Shown piece by piece: positions 58,495 to 64,000 of a DNA stretch of 64,000 nt. The translations under genes were made by a program, and so were the position numbers. The notes beneath the pieces were generated by a model, which did not search any database, was not told where the DNA came from, and saw only the letters and a program-made list of their open reading frames with translations. Each line of letters starts with the position of its first letter. Position 1 is the first letter of the stretch. Source of the stretch: Tardiphaga sp. (GTDB taxonomy: Bacteria > Pseudomonadota > Alphaproteobacteria > Rhizobiales > Xanthobacteraceae); the NCBI RefSeq assembly GCF_028290495.1, contig NZ_JAQGJT010000113.1:5694-69693 (forward strand), given 5' to 3'.

Positions 58495-58646
58495 CTGTCA
58501 TTCCGGGATGCGCTTCAGACGGCGCAGCCGGCTGGAGGGCAGACCCGGAATCCAGAGATGGTTGAACATCTCGAGGTTCCCCGCCACTGCAGTTGGAGTG
58601 GCTGGGGTTCACTCGCAGCTAACGCTGCTCCTGCCCGGAACGACAG
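58495..58646. repeat. Degenerate GTCATTCCGG palindromic dimer
   Basis: CTGTCATTCCGGG...ACCCGGAATCCAGAGATG...CCCGGAACGACAG; same family as 2814-2956. Confidence 0.8.
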
Positions 58647-58670
58647 TGCCGAACGCGGAACGTGCAGCGA

Positions 58671-59078
58671 TCAATACGTAATCTTCAGCGACAGTTTGCG
58701 CGCTTTTTCGATCAACTGGCCGACGGATTTTTCTGAGGGCATCACCTGGACCAGCTTGCGCTTGTCGTTGGCGTCTTTCATCGCTTGCGCGAGGCGGGCG
58801 GGGTTGCGGTGGGTGAGTTCGCGCACCGTGTTGACGCCCGAGGCGCGCAGCAGTTCGGCCTTGGCCTTGCCCATGCCGGGGATCCGCAGGTAGTCGGCGA
58901 GGTTGGCCCATTCCAGCAGTTGCTGTTCGCTGAAACCGGTCTTGGCGGAGAGTTCCTTGCGACCCTTCGCGGTATGCGCGGCCTCCAGCAGGCTTTCCAT
59001 GGTGCGGATGCCTGCCGTCTTCAGCTTGGTCGCGGCAAACGCCGTCAAGCCGTCAATCTTGGAAATAGGATATGTCAT
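58671..59078 (-). CDS. DUF4332 helix-hairpin-helix protein
   Basis: I..IDGL....A.KL..AGI, W...ADY.RIPGMG...A.LL..SGV.TV.EL..RNP. Confidence 0.85.
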   Translation of the reverse strand: MTYPISKIDGLTAFAATKLKTAGIRTMESLLEAAHTAKGRKELSAKTGFSEQQLLEWANLADYLRIPGMGKAKAELLRASGVNTVRELTHRNPARLAQAMKDANDKRKLVQVMPSEKSVGQLIEKARKLSLKITY

Positions 59079-59149
59079 GATACTCAAACATAAAAAGGTG
59101 CTTGACGCTTACAGGAAGTGTCTTTGCGAGAGGCTGACGTAACAGACGG

Positions 59150-59518
59150 TCAGGCGAACTGGCTCAGGCCGGGCGTGCCGGCGATGATCTTGTCTATGGC
59201 CTCGGAGCCGATTTTCGTGCGGCCGTACTTGAACAGTTCGCGCGCAATGCTCTGAATTTCGCCCATGCCGAGGCCAAGGCCCATCAGCTTGGCGCCCAGC
59301 GCCATCAGGCCGCCGCCCATCAGGCTGCTCAGGCCGCCGCCGCCGCCGCTGTTGGATGCGATTGCATCTTCTGCGCCGGGGATTTTCTCGATCAATTCGT
59401 TGACCGGCTCGATCGGGCCTTCCTTGCGCAAAAATCCCAGTATGATGCCGACGGTCTTTTCAGCCACGTCTTTATCAATACCGACCTTTGCAGTCAGCTG
59501 TTCGATCAACTCGTTCAT
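59150..59518 (-). CDS. Conserved hypothetical protein (DUF2267/DUF937-like)
   Basis: MNELIEQL..KVGID...AEK.VG.IL.FL, Gly-rich middle, PGLSQF end. Confidence 0.8.
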   Translation of the reverse strand: MNELIEQLTAKVGIDKDVAEKTVGIILGFLRKEGPIEPVNELIEKIPGAEDAIASNSGGGGGLSSLMGGGLMALGAKLMGLGLGMGEIQSIARELFKYGRTKIGSEAIDKIIAGTPGLSQFA

Positions 59519-59795
59519 GTAACGCCCCGCCTCTGCCGGTTAATTGCCGGCACCTTGTTGCTGAATTTATCTTGTGCCCGCGTATTTTGAATTACAAGGA
59601 CGCTGAAGCCTCACGACACCCGATTCAGCTTCATCGCCGTCGTGTGTTGCATCAATGCAATCGCAAACGTGAAATTTTGGTCAATTCGCTGCAGATGCGA
59701 GCGGCGTTCGCTTGGCGTTTCATCGCCGGTCATTATGAAGTAGGGTTCGATGAACAGGCTGATCGTTTTTGATGCATGCGCGAAGAGGCGACCCG

Positions 59796-61415
59796 ATGGC
59801 GGCCACCGAGACCACGACGATCGATACCAGCGAGAAGATTTTTATCGGAAAGGGCGAGCAGCCGGCGTGGCTGACGCTCGGTCTCTCCAATCGCCACGGT
59901 CTCGTTACCGGCGCGACCGGAACGGGCAAGACCGTGTCGCTGCAGGTGATGGCGGAAGGCTTTGCCCGCGCCGGCGTGCCGGTGTTCGCCTCCGACATCA
60001 AGGGCGATCTGTCGGGAATTGCCGAAGTCGGCGAGGCCAAGGACTTCATTCTCGCGCGCGCCAAGGAAATGGCGCTGACCTTCCAGCCCGACCAGTTCTC
60101 GACGGTGTTCTGGGATGTGTTCGGCGAGCAGGGCCATCCGGTGCGCGCCACCGTCTCTGAAATGGGGCCGCTGCTGCTGTCGCGAATGCTCGACCTCAAC
60201 GACGTGCAGGAGGGCGTGCTCAACGTCGCGTTTCGCGTCGCCGATGACAACGGCCTGCCGCTGCTCGACATGAAGGATCTGCGCGCGATCCTCGACGCCA
60301 TCATTCCGGTCACCAAGAAGGCCGGCGACGGCGATGGCGACAACGACGAGATGGCTGCGATACGCGCCGCCGCGCAGAAATTCGGCAATGTCACCAAGCA
60401 GACGGTCGGCACGATCCAGCGCCAGCTGCTGGTGCTGGAAAATCAGGGCGGCGCGATGTTTTTCGGCGAGCCGGCGCTCGACATCAAGGATTTCATGCGC
60501 ACCGACCGCGATGGCCGCGGCATGGTCAACATCCTGGTCGCCGACAAATTGATGCAGAGCCCGAAGCTGTATGCGACCTTTCTGTTGTGGATGCTGTCGG
60601 AATTGTTCGAGCAACTGCCGGAGGCCGGCGATCCGCCGAAGCCGAAACTGGTGTTCTTTTTCGATGAGGCCCATCTGTTGTTCAACGACGCGCCGAAAGC
60701 GTTGATGGACAAGATCGAGCAGGTCGTCCGCCTGATCCGCTCCAAGGGCGTCGGCGTCTACTTCGTGACGCAAAACCCGATCGACGTGCCGGACAAGGTC
60801 CTGGCGCAGCTCGGCAACCGCGTGCAGCACGCGCTGCGCGCCTTCACGCCTCGCGACCAGAAGGCGGTTCAGGCCGCCGCGCAGACGTTTCGCGCCAATC
60901 CGAAGCTGGACACCGCGGAAGTCATCACCCAGCTCGGCAAGGGCGAGGCGCTGGTCTCGTTCCTTGAGGGCAATGGCACGCCTGCGATGGTCGAGCGCGT
61001 GATGGTGCGGCCGCCGACCGCGCGGATCGGGCCGCTGACGCCGCAGGAACGTACCGCGATTATCAATGGCAGCCCGCTGAAGGGCAAATACGACACCATG
61101 GTGGATCGCGATTCCGCCTCCGAAATGCTGCAGCGGCGGATCGCCGGCACGGCGGCTACGGCGGAGGGTGGGGCGGCCGGTGGCGGCGGCATTCTCGGAC
61201 AGCTCGGCTCGATCGTCGGCAGCATCTTCGGCACCGGCCAGCGCGGCAAGATGACGACCGGACAGGTGATCGCGCGCAGCGTGACGCGCTCGGTCACCAA
61301 CAAGGTGGTCGGTGGAATCGTCGCCAGCCTCGGCAAGTCGGTCGGTGGCCAGCTCGGCGGTTCGATCGGCCGCGAGATCGTGCGCGGCACCTTGGGCGGA
61401 ATTCTGAAGCGCTGA
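59796..61415 (+). CDS. DUF853/YjgR HerA-like ATPase
   Basis: [47 protein letters not shown]. Confidence 0.92.
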   Translation: MAATETTTIDTSEKIFIGKGEQPAWLTLGLSNRHGLVTGATGTGKTVSLQVMAEGFARAGVPVFASDIKGDLSGIAEVGEAKDFILARAKEMALTFQPDQFSTVFWDVFGEQGHPVRATVSEMGPLLLSRMLDLNDVQEGVLNVAFRVADDNGLPLLDMKDLRAILDAIIPVTKKAGDGDGDNDEMAAIRAAAQKFGNVTKQTVGTIQRQLLVLENQGGAMFFGEPALDIKDFMRTDRDGRGMVNILVADKLMQSPKLYATFLLWMLSELFEQLPEAGDPPKPKLVFFFDEAHLLFNDAPKALMDKIEQVVRLIRSKGVGVYFVTQNPIDVPDKVLAQLGNRVQHALRAFTPRDQKAVQAAAQTFRANPKLDTAEVITQLGKGEALVSFLEGNGTPAMVERVMVRPPTARIGPLTPQERTAIINGSPLKGKYDTMVDRDSASEMLQRRIAGTAATAEGGAAGGGGILGQLGSIVGSIFGTGQRGKMTTGQVIARSVTRSVTNKVVGGIVASLGKSVGGQLGGSIGREIVRGTLGGILKR

Positions 61416-61465
61416 GGTTGTCCGGGGCAAGGAGTGAGGCGGGCGCGTCGATGCCACGATGAAGA

Positions 61466-61498
61466 CTGTCGTCACCCGGTCGAGCCGGGCGATCACAG
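61466..61498. repeat. REP hairpin (family of 56622)
   Basis: CTGTCGTCACCCGGTCGAGCCGGGCGATCACAG between convergent genes. Confidence 0.65.
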
Positions 61499-61515
61499 CG
61501 GAGTGTGGTGGCTCG

Positions 61516-62730
61516 TTAGGCCTTCGTCCTTGCAATGCCCCAGCGTTGCGGGAAGATCATCAGCATCGCGAGATAGACGATCAGCACCAGCGTGCCCCAG
61601 CTGATATCACTGTGCATGCGCATGAACTCGGTCCAGCCGCGCGGCGCGATATCGCGGGGGATGCCGGTGCCGAGGAAGAAGCTGAGCACGAGCACGGCGA
61701 CGCCGAGCCATTTTGTCCTGTTGTCTTTGATGCAGGCGGCGACCAGTACGCAGTACGGCAGCATCAGCGTCACGAAATGGCCGCGACCGGACATCGGCGA
61801 CAGCATCAGCATCGCGATGAACAGTAAGGAGCCCTCCACCGCGATCAGCTCCCAGCCCAGCGCCACCAGGAACAGCGCGCCGATCAGCACCGCGAACAGC
61901 AGTTGCGTCGCGCGCAGGATCGGCACGAAGCTGGACTGCCAGGCGGTCTGGTCGATCGCCAGTGCGGTCATGCCGCGCAGCGACAGGTTGAACGGATTGG
62001 CGCCGTCCCAGAACGCGTATCTCGCCGCGGTGGAATTCTCGAACAGGCCGGGGGCGGCGACTTCGTGCAGCCAGGTGATGAAATAGCCGTGCACGCCGCC
62101 CTGCGGGGTGAAGAACAGGTCGGCGCTAAACGACGCCGCGAGGAGCACGACGACGAACAGGCCGGCTGCGGCGAAGCGGCGCTTGAACAGCAGATAGGGC
62201 AGGAAGATCAGCGGCGTCACCTTGAGCGCGGCGGCGAAAGCGAGCGAGGCGCCGCCCGCGAGATCGCGACGCTCGACCAGCGCCAGGATGCCCCACAGCG
62301 TCAGCGGCAGCACCAGAAGGTCGTAGGCCTGGTCCTCATAGACCGCGAGGATGAACTTCAGGCTGAGCAGGAAGCTGAGCCCCGCAAACCAGCCCAGCTC
62401 GTTCTCCGTCCATGGGCCGGGGATCAGGCCGAGCGCCAGCCGGCGGCACAGCACCAGCGACCATGCGGTGCAGGCAAGCGTGATCAGGTACCAGATCAGC
62501 ACCGCCAGCCACAGCGGCATCGCCACGAAGGGCAGCATCACGAAGGCAAAGGCCGGCGGGTAGGTGAAGGCGACGTCGCAGACCTGCAAGATCTGCTGCG
62601 TCCACACGCATTCGGCGGCGTGCCGGTACAGCACCATGCCGCCAGGATGGACGAAGCGTGGATAATACGCCGCGGCGACGACGAACAGCACCAACCACGG
62701 CCAGTAACGGCGGGAAAATTCACGGATCAT
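61516..62730 (-). CDS. GT87/DUF2029 membrane glycosyltransferase
   Basis: FTYPPAFA, ALKVTPL, NLSL, SP...H; many TM helices; start may be 62763. Confidence 0.85.
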   Translation of the reverse strand: MIREFSRRYWPWLVLFVVAAAYYPRFVHPGGMVLYRHAAECVWTQQILQVCDVAFTYPPAFAFVMLPFVAMPLWLAVLIWYLITLACTAWSLVLCRRLALGLIPGPWTENELGWFAGLSFLLSLKFILAVYEDQAYDLLVLPLTLWGILALVERRDLAGGASLAFAAALKVTPLIFLPYLLFKRRFAAAGLFVVVLLAASFSADLFFTPQGGVHGYFITWLHEVAAPGLFENSTAARYAFWDGANPFNLSLRGMTALAIDQTAWQSSFVPILRATQLLFAVLIGALFLVALGWELIAVEGSLLFIAMLMLSPMSGRGHFVTLMLPYCVLVAACIKDNRTKWLGVAVLVLSFFLGTGIPRDIAPRGWTEFMRMHSDISWGTLVLIVYLAMLMIFPQRWGIARTKA

Positions 62731-62932
62731 GTGATGGCCGATCGGTGGAGCATCCGGGGTCATCGTAAAGCGCGAATGGTACGACCACAAGTTGCTGAAT
62801 GTTTCTGGTGAACGCATGCGCATTTGGGCACCCTGCGTCCGCCGCCACGTCATGGGCGCGCCGGGCCGGTTTGCAGGGCGGGCTTTGTCTGCTACCTCCC
62901 CAGTTCGAAGGAACGGCATCGGGAACGGCGAA

Positions 62933-64000
62933 TTGACTGAGAATGACGGCGAGACGCCGGTACTGCGATGGCCGTCGTTGCGGCAGCCGCTCGATGTGCT
63001 TTTTCTGTTCTGCTGTGTGCTGCTGACGGCAGACGTGCTGGTGCCGGAGATCTTCGGCAACGGTAAAACCAAGGACTATGCGCTGTGGTTCTGGGCCGGG
63101 CGTCAGGTGCTGACCGGTGGCGATCTCTACAAGAGCATCACCAACGGCGCGCTTGATTTTATCTATCCGCCGCCGCCGGCGGTGATGCTGGCGATCCCCG
63201 CCTGGTTCGGCAAGATCCCGCTATATCTCGGCCTGTCGATCCTGAATTCGGCGGCGTGGGCGATCACCAGCCAGCTCTCCAATGCGATGACCGGCTCGAA
63301 GAAGATTCCGGCGCCGTGGCTCGCCGCATTGCCGGGCTTCGCCACCGTCACCTTCGTGTTCGATCAGTACGATCTCGGCCAGCCCAACCTGGTGCTGCTG
63401 GCGATGATGCTGCTGGGCTTCTGGTGGATGCAGAAGGGCCGACCTTGGCTAGGTGGCAGCATGTTCGCGCTGGCGACCGCCATCAAGATGTTTCCGGTCG
63501 CGGTGCTGCCCTATCTGCTGTGGCGACGGCGCTGGGCGGCTTCCGCCAGCATGGTCGTGGCGACGCTGGCGCTGCTTTATGTGATGCCGGCGCCGGTGCG
63601 TGGTTTTGAGCGCAACGCGGCCGAACTCAAGACCTGGTTCTCGGCAATGGTCGGCTCCAGTTCGGAGAAGGGGTTTGGCCAGCGCGACGAGCAGAACTGG
63701 TCGTGGGTCAACCAGTCGCTGATCGCGGTGACGCACCGCCTGGTGCGGCCAATCAACTATTACATGGACGACCCCCGGCACGCGCCGGAATACATGAACG
63801 TGCTCGATGTGTCCTACAAGACCGCGAACTGGATCGTGCTGGCGGTGATCGGGCTGATCGGGCTCGGCTTCATCTGTGTCATTCCCGCCTACCGGAAGAT
63901 GACGGAGCGTTCGACGGCGGAAGAGCTCGGTATTCTGTTTTGCCTGATGACGGTGGCGTCGCCTTTGGCGCGGCAATATTACTTCATGTGGCTTTTCATG
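62933..64000 (+). CDS. GT87/DUF2029 membrane glycosyltransferase, 3' end outside the window
   Basis: Frame read by eye from TTG 62933 to the window end: KDYALW, FIYPP, LGQPNL, AIKMFP, NQSL; missing from the ORF track because it has no stop. Confidence 0.85.
   Translation, partial: MTENDGETPVLRWPSLRQPLDVLFLFCCVLLTADVLVPEIFGNGKTKDYALWFWAGRQVLTGGDLYKSITNGALDFIYPPPPAVMLAIPAWFGKIPLYLGLSILNSAAWAITSQLSNAMTGSKKIPAPWLAALPGFATVTFVFDQYDLGQPNLVLLAMMLLGFWWMQKGRPWLGGSMFALATAIKMFPVAVLPYLLWRRRWAASASMVVATLALLYVMPAPVRGFERNAAELKTWFSAMVGSSSEKGFGQRDEQNWSWVNQSLIAVTHRLVRPINYYMDDPRHAPEYMNVLDVSYKTANWIVLAVIGLIGLGFICVIPAYRKMTERSTAEELGILFCLMTVASPLARQYYFMWLFM

Noticed and set aside
59549-59562. GGCACCTTGTTGCT as a sigma54 promoter
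   Set aside because: The GG-GC spacing is 9 nt rather than the invariant 10.
59647-59660. TTGC-N6-GCAA FixK-like palindrome
   Set aside because: Loose match about 135-140 bp from both neighbouring starts, with no supporting promoter geometry.

Overview
High-GC (roughly 65%, by eye) alphaproteobacterial chromosome segment. Gene content points to Nitrobacteraceae/Bradyrhizobiaceae (Tardiphaga/Rhodopseudomonas/Bradyrhizobium-like); this is inferred, not searched. Housekeeping genes include purB, rpe, ccdA, a LexA-boxed imuA-imuB-dnaE2 cassette, two RND efflux loci, tolC, two ECF sigma/anti-sigma pairs, methylmalonyl-CoA mutase with meaB, folPBK and two GT87 genes. Probable accessory genes include tandem MOSC paralogs, KTSC, an outer-membrane barrel facing a Gly-rich secreted peptide, puuD plus an HWE bacteriophytochrome, an epimerase/FMO pair, and a GFA gene and an MNT-HEPN pair inside the mutase operon. 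Many REP-like palindromes (GTAG-, GTCAT/CGTC- and CTCCC-type) fill the intergenic spaces. I saw no rRNA, tRNA, CRISPR array, integrase or transposase. The most interesting signals are non-coding. (1) An ECF-type bipartite motif, GTTGAACST-N16-GACYNATY, occurs three times with identical spacing: twice upstream of the second ECF sigma gene and once directly in front of an unannotated ~110-nt three-hairpin, C-rich RNA candidate, suggesting an ECF sigma/anti-sigma/sRNA circuit. (2) A perfect sigma54 promoter with two FlbD-type ftr enhancers precedes a signal-peptide-less EF-hand protein. All family calls come from motif recognition without database searches, and the regulatory calls are predictions.
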